Source of the DNA: Eledone cirrhosa
Taxonomy: Eukaryota
NCBI GenBank assembly: GCA_964016885.1
Contig: CAXHJY010001498.1
Coordinates: 1 to 64,000 of the forward strand
Direction of reading: 5' to 3'
Length of the DNA stretch: 64,000 bases
The notes beneath the pieces are model-generated. The model ran no database searches and was not told where the DNA came from. It saw only the letters and a list, made by a program, of their open reading frames with translations. This document shows, one piece after another, positions 33,665 through 50,420 of this stretch. How positions within the stretch are numbered: the stretch's first letter is position 1; each line of letters opens with the position of its first letter. Both the position numbers and the translations under genes were made by a program.

Positions 33665-34410
33665 CAAAAGAAGGGGACAAATACAAATGGCGAGTTTACA
33701 TACAGGTATATGAAAATAAAACTATTAATAAAATAACAAATAACAATTGAAATCCCCAATAGGGGGGAGGCGTTACACACCCCGAAAAAATGTACAGCCC
33801 CCATCTCCAGGAGCACCAAGAGTGAGTACTCTCTTCCTCTCTTCCTCAACCTACAGGCTTATATAGAGAGAAGGCCCAACCACTCGGGCCATCTTTGCCA
33901 CATTCACTCACCTTTTATAAAATTTGCTGGGGTACAGCACCTCTCTCTCCATCCTGATACTTCTTCCAAAATGATATTTGAAAAAACGAATCAGTTGCTC
34001 GCCGGAGAGAAAGGTGTCTGACCTCGGCCCTTTTAACCTCGTCCACCATATAACTTCTTTCGCCATAGCTATCACACATAGGAAAACTGCCTCTCCCTCG
34101 TTTTTGAAGGAGGGTGGCGGTTTGATCATGACAATGGACTCGGTGGTCAACTGGATTGGTCCCACCCGCGACAATAGTCGTTCTACATAGCCCCACAGGT
34201 CGGTAACGCCCGGGCAGTGTACGAATGCGTGCGCGACGGTTTCCTCGTCGCGCACGCATCTCGGACAGATCTTTTTCGAAGTGTCCCTACCCGGGCGCCC
34301 GTGTCTGTAGAGCTTGTCTCGAACTGGTAGAGCTCCTCGGTAGCACTGCCAAGCCAGGGACTTTTGGAAGTTGTCCATTGGTCCCGGGCGGAAGGTCCTA
34401 CCGAATTGTT
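33665..34410 (-). mobile_element. 5'-truncated Tx1/L1-clade LINE (ORF2 C-terminal zinc-knuckle region plus 3' UTR)
   Basis: ORF 33908-34378: LAWQCYRGALPVRDKLYRHG...CPRC..EETVAHAFVHCP..LW, typical of the zf-RVT region of L1/Tx1 ORF2; second copy at 54669. Confidence 0.85.
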
Positions 34411-34516
34411 AGATAGATAGATAGATAGTCATAGATAGATAGACATAGATAGACATAGATAGATAGATAGTCATAGATAGATAGATAGATAGATAGACAT
34501 AGATAGATAGATAGTC

Positions 34517-34557
<41 letters not shown>

Positions 34558-34558
34558 C

Positions 34559-34608
<50 letters not shown>

Positions 34609-34618
34609 CGATAGATAG
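34410..34618. repeat. (GATA)n microsatellite
   Basis: Direct inspection. Confidence 0.98.
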
Positions 34619-34913
34619 AATCTTGATGACTTTATTGGGTGAACGACTTTCTATGTTGTAGTTGCAAGGTTAGATGACAAAATAGGTGAGACTTGTGGTG
34701 CTGGGGGGGGGGCGTCTTACACATTTATGACTGGATACAACAACAACAACAATAACAACAACAACAACTTCTACAGATGAAATACAGTCATAAGAGGAAA
34801 TATGAGCAACAGTAACAACAACACATCAATAATACCAATATCAGCTACAGTAACAACAACAACAGTAAGAATAATACTATTATGAGCAACAGTAACAACA
34901 ACAACAACAACAA

Positions 34914-35812
34914 CAGCTGAAAAGTTCATAGACTGACTATGTAAGATTGATGCTAGAGCTGTGAAATCTTGCTTGCATTAATGTCGATTGTTTTTTGTTT
35001 TTTTTATTAATAACTGTATTGTTTCTTTCCAGGGCCTACGTTGAGAAATAAACCTCATTTGGTCATTCCATGAGAGTATCTTGATCAGGCTATGAAGGAG
35101 TGATGCTAGAGCTGTGAAATCATGCATGCATGCATTAATTCAACTTTTCTTATCAATAACTGCTGCATTTAGTCATTACATGAGAGTATCTTGGTCATAG
35201 TCTGACTATGAAGGAGTGATGCTAGGGCTGTAAAATCTTAAATGCATTAATTTCAACTCTTCTTATTAATAACTATATATAATAACTGAAAAATAAACCT
35301 CATTTGGTCATTCCATGAGAGTATCTTGGTCAGCCTATAAAGGAGTAATGCTAAAGCTGTGAAATCTTGCTTCATTAATTACAACTCTTCTTATTAATAA
35401 CTGCATTTGGTCATTCTATGAGAGAATCTTTGTCAGCCTATGTAAGATTGATGCTAGAGCTGTGAAATGTTACATACATTAATTTCGACTCTTCTTATTA
35501 ATAACTGCATTTGGTCATTCTATGAGAGATCTTGGTCAGCCTATAAAGGAGTAATGCTAAAGCTGTGAAATCTTGCTTCATTAATTACAACTCTTCTTAT
35601 TAATAACTGCATTTGGTCATTCTATGAGAGGATCTTTGTCAGCCTATGTAAGATTGATGCTAGAGCTGTGAAATGTTACATGCATTAATTTCGACTCTTC
35701 TTATTAATAACTGCATTATTTCTTTCCAGCGACTATGTTGAAAATTAAATCTTATTTGGTCATTCCATGAGAGTATCTTGGTCAGACTATGACATTTTTC
35801 ACCTGACCCTGG
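34914..35812. mobile_element. Mariner-type MITE with ~7 internal 100-150-bp tandem repeats
   Basis: Imperfect TIRs cagctgaaaagttcatagactgac / gtcagactatgacatttttcacctg; core atgctagagctgtgaaat recurs at ~34950, 35102, 35218, 35348, 35450, 35552, 35656. Confidence 0.7.
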
Positions 35813-35979
35813 TATAACCTCATTTCTATACGTGGGGGGAAAAACCACTTTGGAATTTAATTTTAAATCACTTTTTTCTTGATAACCAAATTAATTGAAG
35901 ATTAATGTCGATTTGGACATTAAATATTAAATGTTGATAGGAGCCACACACAAACAGACACTTAGCCTCACACACATAA

Positions 35980-36030
<51 letters not shown>

Positions 36031-36061
36031 GAGACACTTAACCTAACACACTTACACATAA

Positions 36062-36114
<53 letters not shown>

Positions 36115-36147
36115 GAGAGACACTTAACCTCACACACTTACACATAA

Positions 36148-36178
<31 letters not shown>

Positions 36179-36219
36179 CACACACACAGAGACACTTAAC
36201 CTCACACACTTACACATAA

Positions 36220-36252
<33 letters not shown>

Positions 36253-36479
36253 CACACACACAGATTTTGTGGTGGGACGTGATGTCAGGTTCCGCCTTAG
36301 TAAATTAGTTTCGGAGTCCCGGATTACGCGTGAAAAAAAATGAAAAAGATATGATTTGACGGTTACGGTTGGACTAGTTTTGTGCATAAGTTCCTGAGGA
36401 TCATATCTGACCAGGGACGAAATCACCACCACCACCACCACCACCACCAAATCCCCACCATTATCACCACCACGAATTC

Positions 36480-37220
36480 CCCCACTGGTACCAGCACTAC
36501 AGGAGTCACCTAGAAAACCAACACCACCCTCACCATCATCACCAAATCCCCACCATTATCTCAACCACCACCACCACCACCATTATCACAACCACGAAAT
36601 CTCCCAACACTAAATTCCCCCACCGGTACCACCACCACCACTACAAGTGCCACCTAGAACACCTCCTCCCCCATATTATCTCCACCTCCACCATTACCAT
36701 CACCACCAACTCCCCCACCGGTACCACCACCACCACAAGCCCCACCTAGAACCCCCCCCCCCCCCGCCCCATTATCTCCACCTCCACCATTACCATCACC
36801 ACCAACTCCCCCACCGGTACCACCACCACCACCACAAGCCCCACCTAGAACCCCCCCCCCCCGCCCCATTATCTCCACCTCCACCATTACCATCACCACC
36901 AACTCCCCCACCGGTACCACCACCACCACAAGCCCCACCTAGAACCCCCCCCCCGCCCCATTATCTCCACCTCCACCATTACCATCACCACCAACTCCCC
37001 CACCGGTACCACCACCACCACTACAAACGCCACCTAGAACATCCCCACCCCCCATTATCTCCACCTCCACCATTACCATTACCACGAACTCCCCCACCGG
37101 TACCACTACCACTACAAGCCCCACCTAGAACCCCCTCCCCGCCCCATTATCTCCACCATCATCATCACCACGAACTCCCCCACCACCACCACCACAAGCG
37201 CCACCTAGAACACCAACACC
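36480..37220. repeat. ~90-100-bp C-rich minisatellite x7-8
   Basis: cacctagaa...cccattatctccacctccaccattaccatcacc...ccggtacc recurs. Confidence 0.9.
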
Positions 37221-37839
37221 ACCCTCTCCATTGCAACAAGTTACAATTTCACGGCATCCCACTTAATGCATCATACATTAACAATTTCCCCTCCCTACAT
37301 ACCTTACATTAACCCTCCTGGTCATGAATCCACCCACATCCCTCCCTGTCTCTCTCTCCCGCTATCTATCTATCTCTCCCGCTCTCTCTCTCTATCTATC
37401 TCTCCCGCTCTCTCTCTCTCTCTCACTCTCTCTATTCCTAACCATATATCTATCTCTTCTAATCTTTCTATCTATTTATTTGTCTAATATCTATCTATCT
37501 ATCTATCTTTATCAATCTCTCTATGCATCCATCAATCAATCTATCGATCTACCTCTCTCTCCGTATCTATCTATCTCAAACTATATTTCGATCTATCAAT
37601 CCATCTACCTATCTACCTATCTATCTACCTATCTATCTATCTATCTGCTTCGTCTGACGTCATCAATATCGCGAACCTTGTCATCCCAGCTGACACAGAC
37701 GTCATACCCTCACACCAATGGCGTCTCAAGTAACATCTTTCCACATTACTGGTGATATCTTGTCTGAATGTGAAGACTACATTATCGATTCTGTGACTGT
37801 GTGTCAGTGCGTGTCTGTGTAGCGCGTGTGTGTGTGTGT

Positions 37840-37992
37840 GCATTGGACATCCATCGGTTGTGACGATGAGTATTAACTTTGTTTCGATCAACGGAATAGT
37901 CTGTCCGTAAACATTTAATAGCAAATAGCTGAGCATTCCACAGACACGTGTTTCAAGGAGATTGTGTGTGACATAATGTATGACAAAGCAAC
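37840..37992 (-). mobile_element. OR1-like SINE 3' fragment
   Basis: gctgagcattccacagacacgtgt...gtgacataatgtatgacaaag; reverse-complement similarity to 63600-63700. Confidence 0.55.
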
Positions 37993-38145
37993 GACGGGAA
38001 TAGAACTCAAGAACATTCGGTTTTATAGAGAGAGAGAGGGAGAGAGAGAGAGAGATAGAGAGAGTAGATAGATACGAAAAACAAACAGAGAATACAACAG
38101 ACGATAAGGTACAATGATGATATATAGACTCGCATTATATATATA

Positions 38146-38199
38146 TAAAGTACCAGTAATGCACTGGGTAATTGCTGGCCTTGTGCCAAAAGTAGAAAC

Positions 38200-38203
<4 letters not shown>
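38146..38203 (+). mobile_element. OK-like SINE 3' fragment
   Basis: taaagtaccagtaatgcactgggtaattgctggccttgtgccaaaagtagaaacaatt. Confidence 0.85.
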
Positions 38204-38262
<59 letters not shown>

Positions 38263-38265
<3 letters not shown>

Positions 38266-38420
38266 CGAAGGAAATGTGGTAAGGAACCAGGTGGACCATA
38301 ACGCACCAAAGTACTCAATACTTAGGGTAGTAGAGTGGGTAATAGGAACGAATAAGACCCGACGGCTGAATTAGCCGTCAAACGGCTTGAGCTCAGCCGT
38401 CGGGGTCCTACTCGTTCCTA
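38263..38420. mobile_element. Family C element with inverted duplication
   Basis: taggaacgaataagacccgacggctga versus tcagccgtcggggtcctactcgttccta; (TA)n on both sides. Confidence 0.8.
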
Positions 38421-38428
38421 TATATATA

Positions 38429-38617
38429 TATTTTATAGAAGGAGCTTCTACAGGACTAGTACTGTTTCATTCAGATGAAATCTTCAGGAAGATTTCATCT
38501 GAATGAAACAGTACTAGTCCTGTAGAAGCTCCTTCTATAAAATAAAAAAATTTTACTCTGCCATGTATTGAGTACCTTACTTACTGTGGTTATCCCCGAC
38601 TCAACCCGGGACCTACG
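38429..38617. mobile_element. Hammerhead family A element (variant) with perfect inverted duplication
   Basis: Palindrome 38429-38544 plus 3' extension homologous to 4385-4432. Confidence 0.85.
38445..38491 (-). ncRNA. Type I hammerhead ribozyme (CUGAAGA core)
   Basis: cttc-CTGAAGA-tttcatctgaat-GAAA-cag-tactagtc-ctg-TA-gaag; palindromic actagt in loop III. Confidence 0.75.
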
Positions 38618-38648
<31 letters not shown>

Positions 38649-39087
38649 TGTGTGTGTGTGTGTGTATATGTATATATATATATTGAATCAGTAACACGAA
38701 TCCTTTTTTTCGTAAATGGCCATAACTCTATGCCATAAAGCACGGTGTCTGTTGTCAGACGCTCAAACAATACTACTGGCAATCAATCTACTTAAAAAAA
38801 TATTAATAAATCACTAGAGCGGGAATTGAACCTCCTATGTTGTTGTCCAGTGGCTTTGTTGTCCAGTGTGATATACACACGGCCAACAAACAACGCCTCC
38901 CTTAATGGATTCTAACCAACTAACAAGCAGAACTACAAAAGAAATATGTGTCTATATTTACACAATGAAAGTAAGAATTAGCTTTGAGCTTTCGCACCAA
39001 ACACGTCAGATGAAACGGCTAATGGAAGCTTGCTCCTCTATTACTGTTGGAGCTGGAAGCAGGCTTGTTACATTGTTACTATATATA

Positions 39088-39125
<38 letters not shown>

Positions 39126-39179
39126 TATATATATATATACACTATATATATATATACACTATATATATATATATATATA

Positions 39180-39223
<44 letters not shown>

Positions 39224-39229
39224 TATATA

Positions 39230-39374
<145 letters not shown>

Positions 39375-39405
39375 TATATATATATATTATATATATATAT
39401 ATATA

Positions 39406-39478
<73 letters not shown>

Positions 39479-39479
39479 C

Positions 39480-39617
<138 letters not shown>

Positions 39618-39690
39618 AACATATTCTGAATATGAAACTCACTACGTCCATAAAAACATATCTATCTTTGTATAAATCTTTCTTTCTATC

Positions 39691-39737
<47 letters not shown>

Positions 39738-39738
39738 C

Positions 39739-39850
<112 letters not shown>

Positions 39851-39959
39851 TACGTGTGCGTATAAAGGTGCATGTTTTTATAAATAGATGTAAATAGAGG
39901 TCAGTGTTTAGTATGTGTGTGTGTATACATATACGTATGTATGTATACATATACATATC

Positions 39960-40008
<49 letters not shown>

Positions 40009-40319
40009 CGATGTGTCTAGTTATGTATCTATACATAAATTATCATATATCTAGAGTTGCACTAAATACAATTACAAATGCATATATACATATGTGTGTG
40101 TGTGTGTGTGTGTGTACAGTGTGTTCCCAAAAATGTATACATACGGTGGTGGCGGTGTTGGTGGGGTGGGGGTTACTGTTGAGTTTTTTTTTGGGGGGGG
40201 GTTCTTTTCAACCAATCAATAAGCATTGCTCACGTGACAAACGGCTGGCCAATCAATAAAAGGCTTTGCATGCCGTCTGTAACACGTCATAGCGGCTTGT
40301 CACAGCTGGATCCTAGTTT

Positions 40320-41330
40320 AAGGTGTGGTGTGGTGTGGTGTAGTGTGGTGTGGTGTAGTGTAGTGTAGTGTGGTGTACTGTGTTGAGGTATGATGTGGTG
40401 TGGTGTGGTGTGGTGTGGTGTGGTGTGTGTGGTGTGGTGTGGTGTGGTGTGGTGTGTCGAGGTTTGATGTGGTGTAATGTTTTACAATACTGTTTAGTAT
40501 AATGATGTTGGTGTTGGTGTGGTGTGGTGCGGCTTCGTGTCGTATCGTGGTGTGGTGTCATGTAATGTTTCACAACTTTTTACAATGTTATTTGGCGTAA
40601 TCACATTGGTGGTGTGTTGTGGTGTGGTTGTATGACTGGTGTGTTGTGTAGTGTGGTGTGGTGTGGTGTGGTGTGATATGATGTGTTTTGTTGTAGTCTG
40701 GTGTTGTGTAGTTTGCTGTGATGTGGTGTGGTGTGGTATGGTGTAGTGTGGTGTAGTGTGGTATGGTTAGTGTGTTGTAGTGTGGTGAGGTGTAGTTTGC
40801 TGTGGTGTGTTGTGGTGTGATGTGGTGTGGTGTGTGGTAGTGTAGTGTGGTGTGGTGTGATGTAGTTTGCTGTGGTGTAGTGTGATGTAGTTTGCTGTGG
40901 TCTAGTGTAGTGTAGTGTAGTGTGGTGTGGTGTGGTGTGGTGTGGTGTGGTGTGGTGTGGTGTGGTGTGGTGTGGTGTGGTGTGGTGTGGTGTGGTGTGG
41001 TGTGGTGTGCTGTGGTGTGCTGTGGTGTGCTGTGGTGGTGTGGTGTGCTGTGCTGTGCTGTGCTATGGTGTGGTGTGGTGTGGTGTAGTGTAGTATAGTG
41101 TGGTGTGATGTAGTTTGCTGTGGTGTAGTGTGGTGTGCTGTGCTGTGGTGTGGTGTGGTATAGTTTAGTGTAGTGTGGTGTGAACTAGTGTGGTGTGATG
41201 TAGTGTGATGTGGTGTGGTGTGGTGTAGTGTGTTGTGGTGGTGTGGTGTGGTGTAGTGTAGTGTGTTGTGGTGTGATGTAGTTTGCTGTGGTGTGATGTG
41301 GTGTAGTGTGGTGTATTGTGGTGTGGAGGT
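40320..41330. repeat. (GTGTG/GTGTA)n pentanucleotide array
   Basis: Direct inspection. Confidence 0.95.
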
Positions 41331-42569
41331 AGTTGGTATTCTGTTCCACCTACAACCCCCTCACTACCCTGGATGGTCACGGGTGGACGGGAAGTGATGA
41401 AAAGTATCAAATCTGTATATACTGGAGATCGATTTAGTGGCGTTATTGTTTGGAAAACAGGAGAGGAAACGGTGAACGTCTCTGAGGAGGCTGACAACAT
41501 TAACAAAACCACCACCACTACTATAACCACCACCACCACCATCACAACCACTGCAACCACCACCACCGCCACCATCCTCTTCAACTAACAGACCTCAGTA
41601 GACGGCGACCCCTCCTCTAACACCACAACAACAACCACCATCACCACCACAACAATCACTACAACCACTACTATAACCACTACAACCACTACTATAGCCA
41701 CCACCACCACCACCGCCACAACACCACCACCATCACCACCACAAAAACCACCACTACAACCACTACTATAACCACTACAACCACTACTATAACCACCACC
41801 ACACCACAACAACCACTACTATAACCACAATCACCACCACAACAACCACTACAACCACGACCACTACTATAACCACCACCACTACTATAACCACCATCAC
41901 CACCAAAACAACCACTACAACGACCACCACAACAACAACCGCAACTATAACCACCATCACCATCACCACAACAACAACCACTACAGCAACCACCACAACA
42001 ACAACCACTACTATAATGACCATCACTACCACCACAATAACAAACACCAACACCACCACTACCACCACAACAACCACCAACACCACCACGAAGAGATCGC
42101 ACTAGACGGCGACCCTACACTACCACCACCACTACACACCACCAACACCACTATCACCACCACCACCACCAACAACAACAACAGACCACCACCACGAAGA
42201 GATCGCAGTAGACGGCGAGCCTCCACTACCACCACCACAAACACACACCACCAACACCACTATCACCACCAATAACAACAACAACAACAGCAGCACCACA
42301 CCAACAACAACAACAGCAACACCACCAAGAGATCACAGCAGTCTACGACCCTCCACTCCCACCACCACCACACAACACTCTACGACCCTCCTCTATCAAT
42401 CACGACTAGAAGCCAGTGATGACGTCAGCGTATTTAACAGATGGATGTCAGTTCTAATCCAACTAAAGCCGTCAGACACAATAGGAGAAGGATGTGACAC
42501 AATGTTTGGAATGTTCTGGCAATGTGTGTGTAGGTGTTGGTGTGTTTCTGTGTGCTGTGTGTGTGTTTG

Positions 42570-45945
<3,376 letters not shown>

Positions 45946-46149
45946 CACTGTTGCAGCATGGAACAACTAATATGAATGGAATGTTCCTTTATATATTTCC
46001 TTCACTCTATCACCATCTCTTCCTCCTTCCCCGCCTCTCTCTCTCTCTCTCTTTCTCTCTTTGTTTCTACTCTCGCCTCTCTCATTGCTTTTTATTTTGC
46101 TCCCCTCCCCCGTCTCTCTGTCAACTTGACACCAGAGCAGCCGTACACG

Positions 46150-46272
<123 letters not shown>

Positions 46273-47223
46273 CAAATCCACACAAACATACACAACACTC
46301 ATTCATGTTCTGCAATTCCTGTGGAGAGATTGTTCACCACTTTTCTCCCCAATATAACACACTCACATTCTAACACACATACACTCCAACACTCACCTAC
46401 ATACATACACTGATACACACACTAACCTTAGCACACAGCCACACACAAACGATGTATCAGTGCCAACACTAAAACAATTTATGACTACATATGCTCCTTC
46501 ATATTTCATACCAACACAACATACCACACACAGTTGTCATGACTATAACCACAAACAGCAGCGTTCTTAATACCACCAACACTAATAGGTCGGAAAATCA
46601 CACATAAACGCTACTAACAGCAACATTACGACCATAACTCTCAACCAGCATTACCACCACCACATCACCTCCACAATGGCTCCACCATAACCACCATGAC
46701 ACTACGACACCGTTATCAACACAACGAAATCCCCCCCCCCATCAGCATAACGACACTACCACCACACCACCCACCACTACCACCACAGCACCACCACGAC
46801 ACTACCACCACACCACCACCGCGACACTACCACCACACCACCCACCTCGACACTACCACCACACCACCACCATCACCACCACACCATCACCATCACCACC
46901 ACCACCACACCATCACCACCACCAGAACGACACTACCACCACACCACCACTCGACAGTACCACCGCGACACTACCACCACACCAGCACCTCGACACTACC
47001 ACCACCACACCACCACCACCACACCATCACCACCACACCACGCCACCACCACCATTCTACATGTGAAACAGTCAACAGTTCACATCTGCCACAACTCCAG
47101 TCCTAACTAATTAATCACACATTCCGCCATCTTAAGTCTTCTAGTCTCATTACAGTCGTTTTCTACATAACACTTTTATACATAACAAACACTCATGTGT
47201 TTACTATTATTACTGTCATTAAT

Positions 47224-47562
47224 TGTTTCTACGTTAGGCACAAGGCCAGCAAATACCCAGTGCATTACTGGTACTTTATTTTATCGACCCCGTAAGGATG
47301 AAATAATTGTTTCTACTTTAGGCATAAGGCCAGCAATTACCCAGTACATTACTGGTACTTTATCGACCTCCGTAAGGATGAAATAATTGTTTCTACTTTA
47401 GGCATAAGGCCAGCAATTATCCAGTGCATTACTGGTACTTTATTTTATCGACCCCCGTAAGGATGAAAGGCAAAGTCAACCTCGGCGGGATTTGAACTCA
47501 GATCGTAAAGGGACGTAACTATGCTGGAAAGCACGGCGTCCGACCCTCTACCGATACTGCCA
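47224..47562 (-). mobile_element. OK-like SINE with triplicated 3' half, 12-bp TSD
   Basis: Three tail units (47220, 47303, 47383) and one head; TSD actgtcattaat 47212-47223 / 47563-47574. Confidence 0.9.
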
Positions 47563-47585
47563 ACTGTCATTAATATTAGCATTAT

Positions 47586-47776
47586 GGTGGATTGGCAGTA
47601 TCGGTAGGGGGTCGGACGCCATGCTTTGTAGCATAGAGTTACGGCCCTTTACGGTATGAGTTCAAATCCCGCCGAAGTCAACTTTGTTTTTCATCCTTAC
47701 GGGGGTCGATAAAATAAAGTACCAGTAATACACTGACATAATTGCTGGCCTTGTGCCAAACGTAGAAACAATTATT
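47586..47776 (+). mobile_element. OK-like SINE, full length
   Basis: ggtggattggcagtatcggtag...gagttcaaatcccgccg...catccttacgggggtcgataaaataaagtaccag...ggccttgtgccaaacgtagaaacaatt. Confidence 0.9.
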
Positions 47777-47789
47777 ATTAACATTATGT

Positions 47790-47933
47790 TTATTTTATAT
47801 CTTCATTGTTAAATTAGTCTTGCCATTGTAGTTTTACTCGACCTTATTGTAAACCCTCCAATGTCCCTGTCTTTGTATTGTCCCCTACATGTCGGCCCTT
47901 GTGGCCAATAAATGAAATTATTATTATTATTAT

Positions 47934-47935
<2 letters not shown>
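47790..47935 (+). mobile_element. 3' UTR end of a LINE related to the Tx1-like copies, with (ATT)n tail
   Basis: ttgtattgtcccct...gcccttgtggccaataaatgaaattattatt resembles the reverse complement of 54669-54715. Confidence 0.55.
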
Positions 47936-47992
<57 letters not shown>

Positions 47993-48026
47993 AAAGTAGT
48001 AGTAGTAGTAGTAAAAGTAGTAGTAA

Positions 48027-48058
<32 letters not shown>

Positions 48059-48059
48059 A

Positions 48060-48450
48060 CGGAGGTGTATTGGCAGTATCGGTAGAGGGTCGGACACCTT
48101 GCTCTGCAGCAAAAGAGTTACGGCCCTTTACTGTCTGAGTTCAAATCCCGCCGAAGTTAACTTCGTTTTTCATACTTACGGGGTCAATAAAAGTGGGGGT
48201 CGTCTTTCCCCTTCCCCAAAAATTAATCGACTTTCCCCTTCCCCCAAAATTGCTGGCCTTGTGCCTATATAAGAAACCATTATTATATAAAGGGCGGAGG
48301 ATTGGCAGTAATCGGTAGAGCGTTGGACAACATGGCGTGCGGCACAGAGTTGGAACCCTTTACATTCTAAGTTTAAAACTCACTGAGGTTAGATTTATCT
48401 TTCACCACCCCAAATTGCTGGCTTTTTGGCCTAAAATCAGAAAACATTCT
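48060..48450 (+). mobile_element. Two further OK-like SINEs (48060-48285; 48290-48450, diverged)
   Basis: A/B boxes and tail aattgctggccttgtgcc. Confidence 0.85.
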
Positions 48451-48465
48451 CACCACCACTACTAC

Positions 48466-48499
<34 letters not shown>

Positions 48500-48504
48500 G
48501 GTAA

Positions 48505-48541
<37 letters not shown>

Positions 48542-49127
48542 AGTGGTAGTAGTAGTAGTAGTAGGTGGTAGTGGTAGTAGTAGTAGTAGTGGTGGTTGTG
48601 ACTGCTGCTGTTGCTACTACCACTCCTACTACTGTTGCTGTAGCTATTTACAAATTACTGTCACATATATCACAGACATTACCGTAATGACTCTAACGGT
48701 ACCAACAGACAAACAAACACATAAATACAACAAACAAATATATGAATAAATAAATAAAAATATGTCAATAAACAAACAAACAAATAAATATAAACAAACA
48801 AACAAATAAATATAAACACACAAACAAATAAATATAAACACACAAACAAATAAATATAAACACACAAACAAACAAACATAAATACACAAACAAATAAATA
48901 TAACTATGTCAATAAATAAATAAATAAATAAAATAAATAAATAAATAAATAAGTGTTACGTCAGTGAGGAATTCCAGAAGTAAACTTCCTGATTATAGTG
49001 GTGGGGGGAGTGTTGTGAGGTGGGGGGTGGAGTGAGTGTAGGGGGAGGCATTGTGTAGGAGTGTGTGATTTAGATACATTGGTGACGTATCTGTTACACA
49101 GACATACAGTGAGACAGAGAGACAGAC

Positions 49128-49168
<41 letters not shown>

Positions 49169-49289
49169 AACAGACATAGAGAGAGACAGATATATATAGA
49201 GATAGAGAGAGAGAGGAAGGGGAGAGACAGAGGGGGAGACAGAGAGAGACAGAGAGACAGAGAGACAGCGAGACAGGGAGAGAGACAGC

Positions 49290-49440
49290 GGAACGAGTAG
49301 GACCCCGACGGCTGAGCTCAATCCGTTTCGGCGGCTAATTCTGTACTAAATGGTTCCTATTACCGACTCTACTACCCTAAGTATTGAGTACTTTGGTGCG
49401 TTATGGTCCACCTGGTTCCTTACCACATTTCCTTCGTTAT
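49290..49440. mobile_element. Family C element with inverted arm carrying a hammerhead 3' half
   Basis: Minus arm reads gccGAAAcggattgagctcagccGTCgggg; plus arm is the family C 3' end. Confidence 0.8.
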
Positions 49441-49457
49441 ATATATATATATATATA

Positions 49458-49912
49458 TATTGGTAAACGGAATAGAAAATGCTGACAAATTGTTCACAGT
49501 TGAAAAATAGTTTAATTAGTAATTGTATGGGTTAGTATTCAGTTGTGGTTTCAAGTTTTTACCGGTTGCGCATTTCTAAATGCTTTTCAAAAATAATTTT
49601 GAGATAGAGCGTCCGTGTTGTTCAGAGCTAACAACACGGACGCTCTATCTCAAAAATAATTTTGAGATAGAGCGTCCGTGTTGTTAGCTCTGAACAACAC
49701 GGACGCTCTATCTCAAAATTATTTTTGAAAAGCATTTAGAAATGCGCAACCGGTAAAAACTTGAAACCACAACTGAATACTAACCCATACAATTACTAAT
49801 ACTCTTTTATTCCTAATTCAACTATTTTTCAACTGTGAACAATTTGTCATCATTTTCTATTCCGTTTACCAATATATAATAACTTGTGGGTTACACCTCT
49901 ATTCTTTTAACT
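49458..49912. mobile_element. Hammerhead family F element: ~420-bp palindrome with nested double hairpin
   Basis: 49458-49655 is approximately the reverse complement of 49660-49876; ttt-TTGAAAA-gcattt.ag.aaatgc-GCAA-ccgg-TA-aaa at 49722-49758 and its mirror. Confidence 0.75.
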
Positions 49913-49934
49913 ATATATATATATATATATATAT

Positions 49935-50253
49935 GGAAAGTTATATTTAAATTGTTGGGTTAACAACGAGTAAATATTTATAACTGATATAAAAGCACTC
50001 AACAAGTATTTGGAGTATATTTATGATATTAAATAAATGGAAACTATATTTATAAAACCATATTTATTTCATTATATATATTTCAGGGATATCATATTAA
50101 CAATATGTTATGCCTTCTTCAGACAAAATACACTATAAACAGTCTTATAAATATATGTCTGAAGAAGGCATAACATATTGTTAATATGATAACCCTGAAA
50201 TATATATAATGAAATAAATATGGTTTTATAAATATAGTTTCCATTTATTTAAT

Positions 50254-50258
<5 letters not shown>
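49935..50258. mobile_element. Hammerhead family B element, inverted arms each with a hammerhead-like motif
   Basis: CTGAAGA (50159-50165)-agg...cct-GAAA (50197-50200)-tataTA; mirror copy ~50073-50125; homolog 17608-17920. Confidence 0.8.
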
Positions 50259-50304
<46 letters not shown>

Positions 50305-50364
50305 GTGTGTGTGTGTTTATATAAATGTATAGTATACGAACGTCATCGAATTTATTTGAGTGCG

Positions 50365-50420
<56 letters not shown>

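Noticed and set aside
41340-41510. Unique island open in several frames between microsatellites
   Set aside because: Weak splice signals and no recognisable homology.
49290-50258. CRISPR-like appearance of unique islands separated by repeats
   Set aside because: The separators are variable-length (TA)n, the islands are multi-copy mobile elements of unequal length, the DNA is eukaryotic and there are no cas genes.
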